From Selaginella moellendorffii (taxonomy: Eukaryota; Plantae; Lycopodiophyta), in contig NW_003314262.1 in the NCBI RefSeq assembly GCF_000143415.4, positions 293,673 through 357,672 on the forward strand: a stretch of 64,000 bases of DNA, written 5' to 3'. Within the stretch, counting starts at the first letter, position 1. Every line of letters begins with the position of its first letter. Below the pieces are notes generated by a model. It did not search any database. It had not been told where the DNA came from and was given only the letters and a program-made list of their open reading frames with translations. Made by a program: the position numbers and the translations under genes. Shown here piece by piece: positions 53,901-64,000 of the stretch.

Positions 53901-56465
53901 TCATCAATCAAAGCAAGTGTCAACAGTCCTTGACGAAGTCTATAAGTAACCACTAGTCGCAAAGCAACCAACAATCACTCTTCAACTTGCCGTCACAAGA
54001 CCCAAACACCAACTCTTATCATCAAGTTATATACTCATCCAATATGAATGTAATACCTCAAATACAAGATAAAGGTTCATGGACAAGCACGAACTAGATG
54101 ACCACTCGAATCCAACTCAACCACGATAAGCTCACCATCACATTTAGTCAATAGCTCTGAGCATGCCTTGAAGAGGCTAGCTATGCATGATTAACACTCA
54201 GTCGAAACTAAAGTGAAGACCATGAGATGGACTCATGTCGGTACACAACCTCCTCATTGACAAAGCTATAGTATGGGTACCAATATCTCAACCTCAAACA
54301 ACTAAGTTAGACATCACCATCCTCAGCCAAGGTGCAGGGCCACCAAGACCAAGTCAAGATCAGTGAGAGCTCACTACTCTCATAGAGTCTAATGAAATGC
54401 AAGTTGAAACCTACCACCAAGCACAACGCTACAAAAGAAAGGCACAAAGGTCACCTTTCTTAGAAAAGTGCAATAGCCACTTTCTACACCAACTTCAGAC
54501 TCTATCCAACTTAATTGCCTTAGCCCCAAAAGTCAGTATCCTTTTCGGGTCGCATCATACAAACTATTTACCAAGGTCTAAGCTAACCGAAGTCAACTCT
54601 AACCCCTTCAGTAGTTTGTACTAGCTTACGAAAACGGAATGGTTTTTGGCAAAGTGATCAACAGATCAGCCATTGGAAAAGTCTAAGAAAATTTGTGGAA
54701 AATTTCCATCCTAGAGAAAGAATGACTCTCAATCTAAGATTGCAAACTTTCAAGACTTGACCAACTTCCTCCTACAAACAACTTCACATAGGTTCACATC
54801 GACACAAATTCTCATGATCCAACAATATGCTTAAGCATTGAACATCTTTGCCCATTTTTCCGACATCCGCAAAGCGCAAAATGAACATCCAAGGCTTGAT
54901 CACGAAGACCACATCTTCGGATATCCACATTGCACTAACACTCTTTTTCAATCACCTTCAAAATCCAATGTAAAGCCAAAACACTAACAAGAAAAATGAC
55001 ATGGGAAATCAAGCTTTAAGGAAAATTCCTCATCACTCGAATCAACAATGCCACTTCCATTAACACAAGTGTTAGCGATGTCAATGCCCCAACTACATAT
55101 CTTCTCCATCCAACAATCTACTCCAAGTGTTAATGGATCAACTAACAAGCCATAGCAAGTGAATGCTATAACCCTTTTCCAACACCTAATGGGCAAACTC
55201 AAGGAAACAAGGTACCAACTTAAGCTTAACATAATGAACCACCATCAAAAATCTAGTCAAGGCTACTACAATGCTACTATATGCAAGTAGACTAGCTTCA
55301 CCATCAACCACCTTGGGGTTGATCATCATTTAACCAAGCAACTTCGTAAATGCATTACTCATTATCACATGGATATGATATAAGCATCACAATGACTTGA
55401 TCATCAATTGAGCAACACCACGAGCAATGCTTATATCATTTCAAAAGTTTATGTGAGTATCAAGTGTCAACTCGATTCGACAAAATGCAACATAAATGCC
55501 ACACTCCACCAATAGAGATTTACAACAGCAAACACCACTAACTTTTGTTCACAACACGGTCAAGCTCATGCCACTCTCTTTCCGACCAAACTCAAAACTA
55601 ATCCAACACCAAGTTAATCAAGGAGCAAGAGCAAGGTTCCCCGGAAAAGAATTGAGCATTGCAACCCAAGTCTTCCAATAGCAAGCCTAGATAAAATGGT
55701 ATAGCGCTTCACCGCTATCCATCCCATAACTCACCACTTGTAAGACCATCATTTCCAATATGCATCAAGGTAGGGACTCTTGATTGCATGATGTGAACAC
55801 AAGCAATGAGTTAACACCTTGTTGCAAATCATCCCTCCAAGAAGAGAAAATGATTTACGTATTTGATCCTCCATCCCCGATGACTCTCTTTTCGGTCTCA
55901 TCTTTGACCAAACCTCAAGCTTGCTTTTGCACTGCCTTCAGTTCAATCGAAGAAAAGTTTATGAGAGAGCATGGCAATGACTACTTGAACGAATAGACTA
56001 ATCCCTATAGTCTTGATTGATCCACTTGTAATCATGCCTAGGAAGGATCTACTAGTGCCGTGCTAAATAGCTACGGACTAGCCTATTTGCCACTCATAGC
56101 AAACCTAGGGAAAGTTTACTTTTTCCCATGGTACATGGAACAACTCATGGAACTACCAATAGGCTTACATTAATCCTGTCAACTCAAAGTATAACCTCGA
56201 GTTGCTAATGTGCCTCACTCACGAGCCCAAGCGCAAACTCGTGCTACTGGTACACCTCAAATCCATCCTATGAGCCCAAGAGCAAGCTCACATAATTACA
56301 GTACAAGAAGGTAACTAAATCCATACCCAAGAAACGATTGCGAAGCCTTTGCACCCAAACATGTACCCACTTGGATCATAGTTTTCATCTCTGCGTATGC
56401 AACAAGACTAGTTGCCCAATCTCATTGAATAGTTTTCGCTGAGACTCTAGTTTTGATACCAAATG
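50940..56465 (-). mobile_element. Family C LARD-like element, ~5.5-kb non-coding internal region (contains inverted-repeat arm 2)
   Basis: Minus-strand PBS at ~56451-56461; 3' internal region at 50940-51400 matches 22570-23070; strong CA/TG strand bias. Confidence 0.8.
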
Positions 56466-56790
56466 AGATTGGATACTCCACACAAGAGGAAGGACGTACG
56501 CATGGATGCCTAATACGTTCGATTTCAAATTTAGGGGTAGGAATATATCTTGCTTAAGGGTATATTATACTTCTAAGTAGCCACTAATCAATGGGAATCG
56601 AACCCGTGCCATTTGCTCCGATACCAACTGTAGCGCATCTTATCTCTCTCCCCTTAAGCCAACTGGAAAAAGGGCAATTGCTTGATGAGAGAGCCCTTAG
56701 TGGCTATTTTATCCCCATTTATCCCCCAAGGTTCCAAGGATCCACGGTGACAGTATATCCAAATCTCATCCCATGATCACATGCGCTACA
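56464..56790 (-). mobile_element. Partial TRIM (family D): LTR 56629-56790, PBS, short internal region
   Basis: GCTCCGATACCAAC|TGTAGCG...GCGCTACA; LTR homologous to 19878-20039. Confidence 0.75.
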
Positions 56791-57213
56791 AGATAGCTTC
56801 TGGAGGGGATGGTCCAAAGTTGAGTTGAGCTCACGAGTTGAGCTCAATTCAGCTCAAGTCAATGCTAGTCAACATAGTCAACCATAAGTTTTATAAAGAA
56901 ATATTAAGTCAGAAAAATGTTATTCTTTGGTGAACTTGAAATTTATGAGTTTAAGTATTAATGGTTTAGAGAGATTTTTATTTTTTGAATCTTTCTAATG
57001 CAGTTTATACAATTTCTAGAATTAGAAGTTCATCTGAACCCATAGAAATTTTTGGGCTTTATTGGTCCCAAATAAAATGGGAATATTGAAGTTCGAATGA
57101 ACCGGAAAATTTCTATTGTACATTTCAACATTTTAACATTTCAACAATTGACCAGAAATATATAAATAATTTGAAACATTGATTCACTCGTTCATTCTTT
57201 AGGGTTTACAAAG

Positions 57214-57459
57214 ATGGGAAGCAAGAAAGACAAAAAATTTGTAAGGAGTTCTAGCATACAGAAATGTGAGAATGTGAATTTTGTTTCACTACCACAATCT
57301 CCATATTACACTCCTGGTCTTTATTACCCATCCGGGAATGTGAAGACCACTGTCACTATTGATAAAAATGCTCCTGTTACTTCCGAAACAACAATCCAGA
57401 GCAAGAGAAAAGAAGAAATGGACAGCACAGCAGAAAGCACTAATAAATCCACTCTATAA
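57214..57459 (+). CDS. Small protein homologous to the transposon cargo ORF 36339-36596
   Basis: Shared SLPxSPYYTPG...NAPVTSETTIQSK...DSTAEST. Confidence 0.6.
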   Translation: MGSKKDKKFVRSSSIQKCENVNFVSLPQSPYYTPGLYYPSGNVKTTVTIDKNAPVTSETTIQSKRKEEMDSTAESTNKSTL

Positions 57460-57899
57460 ACCTTTCAATGGCTTTTGTAATCCACTAAAATATTATAAAA
57501 AAATGTAAGTTTTTTATATATATCTTATTCCTTTTAATATGTTTTGTCTTTGCAAAGATATATGATGTGGACAAATCAAAGAATTAAATCTATATATGAT
57601 TTTGGGATTGAAAGGTAATCTTGCAAAAGGCATACTCGCGTGCCTGTGTATATTTGCTATTATTATATATGGCAGGCCAACTATATAAAATAAGGCTACA
57701 TATTAATTATATGCTAGTTTTTAGCTTCTGAAACCCTATAACCACTTGTTTCTCATAGTAGGTTGTAATTACTAAGACTGACAATTATCATTCACTATAG
57801 TGTCATGTCATAATAAAACATCATTCCCGAGATTGAAATATAGTATATTAATGAGAGAATTCTTATTGCTAGGAAGTTTAATTCTTCTTGTGTGTTGCA

Positions 57900-58454
57900 A
57901 TGGTTAGGAAGAAGTTTACTTTTGGTCCCGAAGGCCTCTCATATGAGTCTCCACCTCCATCTCCAATCTCAATCAATAATCCACCTTCACCTTTACGCAA
58001 CAATCTTCTTTTTCATTTTGAGGGCTGTTTTGAGGCTCTTCCATTTGCGACTTTGAGTGCAACTGAACAAGAACTCCTTCCTTATGATGTTGTTAAAAAA
58101 GTTGGATTACCTCCAATGCTTCAAGAGTGATGTCAATATTTTCTTCAAGATCTTGCTCCAGATATGGCAGGGGAGCTTAATGTAGATACATATTATCTTC
58201 AGTGTCCTATATGCAACTTTTATTTAAACAAGATAGATGGTTGCATGGGTTTGGTAAATTTTATTGAGCATTGTCGCAAATGCCCAAGAGCGGGTTTGGA
58301 AGGTGTGCACGCATGGATGTATAAGAAAATCAAGAAAGAATTAAAAACACACAGCTATTATGATTTCATGGTGGAGAACAATATTCCATTGGTGAACACT
58401 GCATCAGTAAGTGCTGAATATGGGATATTTAGGCCACCCTTTAATGTAATGTGA
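57900..58454 (+). pseudogene. Cys/His (zinc-binding-like) protein, paralog 1, with one internal TGA
   Basis: Paralog of 58671..59261; YYLQCPIC...GCMGL...EHC..CPR.G.EGVH; TGA at 58128-58130 where the paralog has CGA. Confidence 0.65.
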
Positions 58455-58712
58455 AAGTCATGCATAGTTTTTTCAAAAGGTTAATTCTTTATGAGTAAAG
58501 TGGAGAATCTTATATTTTCGAGAATGATATTATTCTAGCATGTATAAAGATATTATTATATATACAAGTGGTTCTGACACTGTTATAATTCTGAAGTCCC
58601 ATTTTTGAGACTGACAATTTACAATCTCAAGAACCCCTAGATCTTTTCTTAGTATAAATACCAACAATGGATGCTTTCAACATTGAAATTTCAGTTTGTT
58701 TACAGTGTAGGA

Positions 58713-59261
58713 ATGGCTAGGGAAAATGCTATTGCTACTTGCACTTGGCCCCCATGCATTTCATATGAGTCTCCACCTCCACCTCCAACTTCTACCAACA
58801 TTCCACCCTTCCCTCCATACATCAATCGTTGTGAGGCTTTTTCTTTTGTAGCCCCAAGTGTGACTGAACAAGAGATCCCTCTTCCAGATAATGTTCTAGA
58901 TGTTGCTACTAAAGATGGATTGCCTCATGTGCTTCAAGAGCGATGCCAGATGTTTCTTCAAGATCTTGCTCTCGATATGGTTGAAACTTTTGAAAGAATG
59001 AACACATATTATCTCCAGTGTCCCATCTGCTACTTTTATTTAGATAAAACGGAAGGCTGTATGGGTCTAGAAACTTTACTAGAACACTGTCACAACTGCC
59101 CAAGAACTGGTGTGGAAGGTGTGCATAAATGGATGTATAAGAAAATCAAGAAAGAGTTAAGAACACACAATCATTATCATTTCATGGTGAGAAATAATAT
59201 TCCGTTAGTAAATCCTACATCCACAAGTGCTAAATATGGTATTTTTAGGCCATCCTACTGA
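58713..59261 (+). CDS. Cys/His (zinc-binding-like) protein, paralog 2
   Basis: Intact ORF with a Pro-rich N-terminus and CPIC...HCHNC...H. Confidence 0.65.
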   Translation: MARENAIATCTWPPCISYESPPPPPTSTNIPPFPPYINRCEAFSFVAPSVTEQEIPLPDNVLDVATKDGLPHVLQERCQMFLQDLALDMVETFERMNTYYLQCPICYFYLDKTEGCMGLETLLEHCHNCPRTGVEGVHKWMYKKIKKELRTHNHYHFMVRNNIPLVNPTSTSAKYGIFRPSY

Positions 59262-59394
59262 AAATTCCAGCCACTAATAATTCTTACACTATGATATTAT
59301 TCATCCCCCCCCCCCCCCCTCTCGCCTTTTTTTTATTAACAAAATTGTATTACCTATAGATAATAAACTGATAATACTAGTAATTATGAAATTT

Positions 59395-59523
59395 GACTGA
59401 CTGACACTGTAACTTTGTCATCTCTGACACTGACACTGTCTCTGTTACTGACACTATCACTGTCGCTATCTGCTGCACTGACACTGTCAGTGTCACAATC
59501 ATTATCACATTGACATGTGACAC
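59395..59523. repeat. Dense cluster of TGACAC/TGTCAG motifs in both orientations
   Basis: e.g. CTGACACTGACACTGTC and CTGACACTGTCAGTGTCAC. Confidence 0.7.
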
Positions 59524-59539
59524 ATCTTTTTCATTGCAT

Positions 59540-61601
59540 TCAATTGTCTTTTAATGTATCATTAATAAATTGATTTTTCATACCACTCCTCAATTTACAC
59601 ATTGCATACCTCCTAGAAGCAACTGATAGAGAAGGACGAAAACCTCGAAGACGGCGTTTGAAGAACTCATATTCTTCAATCGCAAACACCGATCTACCAG
59701 AGTCACGTGCTGCTTCGACTATCGAACCACTACCTGCTGTGCAATCGATGACAACACCCCTAGTTGGGCAATAAAGCTCAAGTAGGACATGCATCGCCGA
59801 TGGAGATCGGAACCGATACCCAGACAATGTGTTGCGGATGTCGTCGTCTATGAGATTTGGTATGATGTCAGTAAAGCTATCATACCCTGACAAAACCCTT
59901 GCAGCACGCTCGCTATCACGAAAACCGTCATTTTCTTTTCTGCAAAACACATGGTAGGTCCACATCATAACCTGAATAATAAAACTTTAGAGACAACCAA
60001 AACAGAAAATGATTTCTTACCTTCTCTGGCATGCCTAGGACACCTTTGGTCTCGACCCCAACACTATCCATGATGCATCTGGAAGAGAACCTCTTGAAGT
60101 TGACTCGACTTGCATACCTCATAAGGCAGGACATCCAATGGGGGTCATTCGGGAGAATGAAGGCAACTTGACCGGTTGTGTGAAGGAGAATTGCTGCCAA
60201 AAGGAATGCATCCTTCAAGTGGTTTTTAGTCAGGTTGTTCCAGCTTGGGACATCACCATTAGCATCTGGAAGACCATCTGGCATGTCAAAGAGTATGAAG
60301 TTTGTGCTCTTGAGCGGTCGCCTATGGATCTTCTGACAAAAGCGCTCCCACTTTCGCCGGATAGCCATATTCTCAGCATCCTCCTCAAAAGATGCCATCA
60401 ATGAACTATAGGAGCCAATAAAGATCCCAACTTCACCACGGAATGCCACTGGAGATACAGGGCGAATCTAGGGGGAGAAGACAAAGATAAGATGTGAACT
60501 TAAGAAAATTTACATACCGTCATGTGGCGTGTGGTAGATGTAAGTTCCTCCAAGTCCTCTTCTCAAGCATCAAGACGAGCTGGAATGAAGTTACTCCCGA
60601 CAGTTTTTGCTACAACCATTTTGAGGAACTAAGAAAAGGAGAGAATTAAAAGAAATATACCTCGAGAAGTTCCTCGGTTATGGGGACATCTTGGACAATC
60701 ATCATCACTGTTGACTAATTCCTCCAGATGTGGATTTGCTCACTTTCGTCGAGGTAGAAATTCTTGGACGTTCTGGTTCTCTTGCTCGACTTCGTCTCGA
60801 AGAATCTCGTTCTCACCGCCATCTTCACTCTGCTCGCCATTGGCACCAACAGAGTCGACATTCTCATGGCCATCATCTTCGTCATCATTGTTGCCTCTTG
60901 CAGCCTCATGGTGGGTTGGTTCATAATCTGGCATCTCCAATTCCCAAGGACAAGTGCGCTTTATTGCTGCTGGAAACTTCATTGTTGTCAGGTACATGCC
61001 TCCATCTCTCACACCATGCCTCAGGAGACGTGTGCATACCGGTGTTTCGAGAGGAACGCGTCTATATTGGAAATACCGATAATAGAATATAAACAATTGA
61101 GTATAGTTGAGAAATTGTATGTTACCTGAAAGCTACTCGACACATGAAGTAAGGTTGGCCAAGTTGTTTATCAAATGGAGTCGTGCTTGTGGCCTTCTTT
61201 GGCAGCCAGTCCTCTCCGAGTTTTGTAAGCTCAATGGTGACGAAGTCCTTAAATGGAAGTTGCTCAGGATCATCCCCTATGAAAGGTGCTAGAAACATCT
61301 CCCCTTCATATACAGTTTGTGAAATGTAGACGGTCCTCCTCATCACAGTCTCCATCATACTGTCCAAACCTTTTTCTCCTTCCCTGAGTCTGCTATTGAG
61401 GTCATTCAGAATGTGTATCTGTTCCTCATATGCAAGTGTTGACTTTGAGATGTTGTAAATAATCTCATCTGGAGTCTTGCCCACTAAAAAATAACTTTTG
61501 TGAGAACCTTCATGTAAATACAAACAATACTTACTTTCATGACAAACAATCTCTGTTATAATATCGAACCACTCCTTTGGGCATCGAGGGTTAGCCACAC
61601 T
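59540..61601 (-). CDS. Intron-containing gene with a C-terminal beta-class N4-cytosine/N6-adenine DNA methyltransferase-like domain; 5' part cut by the transposon insertion
   Basis: FILFDMPDGLP (motif IV position), AAILLHTTG, then RSPSAMHVLLELYCPTRGVVIDCTAGSGSIVEAARDSGRSVFAIE (motifs X, I, II). GT-AG intron at ~59972-60020. Confidence 0.75.
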
Positions 61602-64000
61602 AAGCTCTATTTCGTTAAAGTGGGATTTATTCAGTAAAATGGGACTAGGTACAAATTTTCAAGTATTTGAAAATGACGTGAAATTATATGTTTTTTGTCC
61701 AGGGGCTAGACATATCTGGGGCATGGTGACTAGCGCGGTGACTTTGTGTCCAGACTGAGTCCATCTAGTTGTATAATAAATCTCATTGTCAAGGTGAACA
61801 AGCCGAATCTGAAGCTAAAGAAGAGCGATGGCATGCGCACACACACTATTTGTTTGTTCATTGAGCGTGTGGTGAGCTTTCCAAGATGAACATCATTCCT
61901 ATTAGCCAGACATATAACTTAATGGTGAGAACATTTAGATATTATTCAATGTTATCTTTTTCTAACGAATCTAATTGTGAAGGTGTAGCAAGAGGCATTG
62001 CTAGTCTGGAGAAGTCATTTAACTCATTTGACCCTTAGTGTATTTTCATGAAACTAAATAACATTCATATTATTAAGGAATTTCTCTAGTACCTTTTTTT
62101 AACAACATAGAGGCTTGCATTTCTTTCAAAGGTGATTTAGTAAAAGGCCTGAGGGCACATGCCATTCTATTTCTCAAACCGGTATTAAGATATACTAGTG
62201 CAAAGGGAAAAAGGTATTTGGTGATCAAGTAAATGGCATGAGGGCACACGCCATTATAAGCCTAAGCGCTAGTGGACACCTCCTTTTTGGTACTCTCAGC
62301 GGTACTATCATCCTTCTCCGGGTCAGTTGTTTTGCTTTGGATTGTTGTCTCTGACGTTACTGGGGCGTTCTCGATAGTTGTTAATATTGCTGTTTGTTCA
62401 GAAAAATGATCACCTGGAGTATAGTACGGGGAGTTTGGAAGACTTATATATTCAACATCTTCACCTATCTCCTTCTTCGTCTCCTTTTCTGCCTCACTTA
62501 CAGATTTTGTGCTTGCCATGAGAACGCTCTTCACCCTAAAATATGGAGTTTGTTGTGTTATAAAAGGAAACCAACACACACGCTGCAAGGGAATGATGGT
62601 ACATAAAGCACGTAAGCCCACAATATGGGTTTATGTGCCATTAATATGGGCCACACGCCATATTATTAGATTTATGCACGTGTGATTGGTAAATCCATAT
62701 GTCACATCATCTTTGTTTTACCTCACACACTATATCAGGCCTAATGAACCATATCACATGTGCGCACATGCTATATATATGGAGAAGTATTATGCAAGGA
62801 TAGAAAAATTCAATGCATGATTGTGGAGAGCAATGGCATGAAGCCACATGCTAAATAACATTTTAGAGAAAAAATTAAAATAAAAACATGCAAACAGTAC
62901 TGAGTGGACCAAGACTTAGAAGTGCACAATTGAATGAGGTATTTCTAATAAATATTTCACTCACCTCATATAGGAATGGCTACCACTCTCAAATGGCGTA
63001 TCGCCTCATGCCATCACCTCGCAATTTGTTATAACAATCCGATGAATTCACATTCGGCTTGTTCACCTTGAACTTTAAGTAAGATTTGCTAGAACAACTA
63101 AGAATTTATACTTGTTATTTGTATCATCTCACCTAGGAATGGCGTAAGGCCACATGCCATCACGCCTCCTCTGATTCAGATTCGGATTGTTCACCTTGAA
63201 ATAAAATACATTAGAAACTTAGTAAAGGAATATTAATGAATCTCACCTTGAACCCGGGTTATGAATGCTCTTGCTGCATCTCTTGCATGGTCTGGCAAGG
63301 TGATGGTGGCACTCTGCTTCTGCATCCAACTATGCACAACATTATCCACCGATATGCTCATGCTGGGATCCCTTGGATTCAGCACCCATCTCTTTTCTAG
63401 GCAATCCTTCGTATATCCGGAACTTGGCTTGAACCACTCCACAATTACATTGAAGGAGTTAGTTTCCGCGTCCTCCTCTGCATCAGTGATGCAGCGCCCC
63501 ACCCATATCATTTGTTTTTTATTACTGGGTCTAACAAGCACGACCATTCCTTTGCAGACCTGTACTGGATTGAATGCTGAATCTGGCTTCTTGTTCCTCG
63601 GCCCACAATAGTGATCCTCAACATCGTTATCTGTCACTGCATTTCCAGAGGACATTGTTCCGCTACTATCTGGTGCTCTGGGTTCTAGCCAAAAGGACTC
63701 TTCCAATTCTTCATATACAACCGGCCCATTTTGGATAGCAGATATAATCTTCTCCCAGTATTCGAGCAAAGGCTTGCACCTCTTAAAATAGGATTCTCCA
63801 CCAAACACCAACCCCCTCTTCTAGAAGGCAATATGTTGTCTAATCCCGGCCACTATACTTTCCTGGTCTTTGAGTCCATCCAGGTGCATCGGCCGTGGGG
63901 AACCCTGAGGAATCATAGGTTCCCCAGTTATAGGATCTCTCTTGAAGAGTTCAATGCCGTCCACTGGCAGCCACACTCTGTCCCATTCTCTCATCATGTA
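61602..64000 (-). mobile_element. Second copy of the Sola-like transposon (right end, inverted), extends past the window end
   Basis: Starts with TIR AAGCTCTATTTCGTTAAAGTGGGA after CACT; reverse complement of 34858-37256 (coordinate sum 98858). Confidence 0.95.

Noticed and set aside
47883-55996. Short paired ORFs within the LARD arms
   Set aside because: 60-90 aa, no motifs, and duplicated only because of the inverted repeat.
47410-56465. DIRS-like element or giant TIR transposon
   Set aside because: No tyrosine recombinase or transposase; the arms start at PBS sequences of two opposed LTR elements.
59540-60449. Bacterial contamination or a restriction-modification operon
   Set aside because: GT-AG introns, plant TE context and no nuclease partner.

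Overview
Eukaryotic, repeat-dense nuclear DNA from a non-flowering land plant. Very short GT-AG introns, an expanded P-class PPR type and a Cassandra TRIM are consistent with a lycophyte such as Selaginella; this is inferred, not confirmed. The first 10 kb is a ~1.6 kb inverted duplication of an unknown gene, flanking a WD40-like gene and a PPR pseudogene. The rest is a nest of Ty3/gypsy elements: one with a Cassandra TRIM inside its integrase, a chromovirus, and non-coding LARD-like elements forming a 3.5 kb inverted repeat. The standout is a complete 13,120-bp cut-and-paste DNA transposon (24137-37256; 24-bp TIRs, 4-bp TSD CAAT, Sola-like DDE/DDD transposase). It carries a large multi-exon gene with a ParB-like domain, a degenerate beta-class DNA-methyltransferase-like fold and an FCP1/NIF-type HAD domain. 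About 23 copies of a 22-bp palindrome (ATGGCATGAGGCCTCATGCCAT-like) are confined to the element, a ParB/parS-like arrangement. A second copy of this transposon (61602 to window end) has inserted into an intron-containing gene for a bacterial-type N4C/N6A DNA methyltransferase, which lies in a related cargo region. There is also an apparently newly gained 46-nt spliceosomal-type intron inside the chromovirus integrase.
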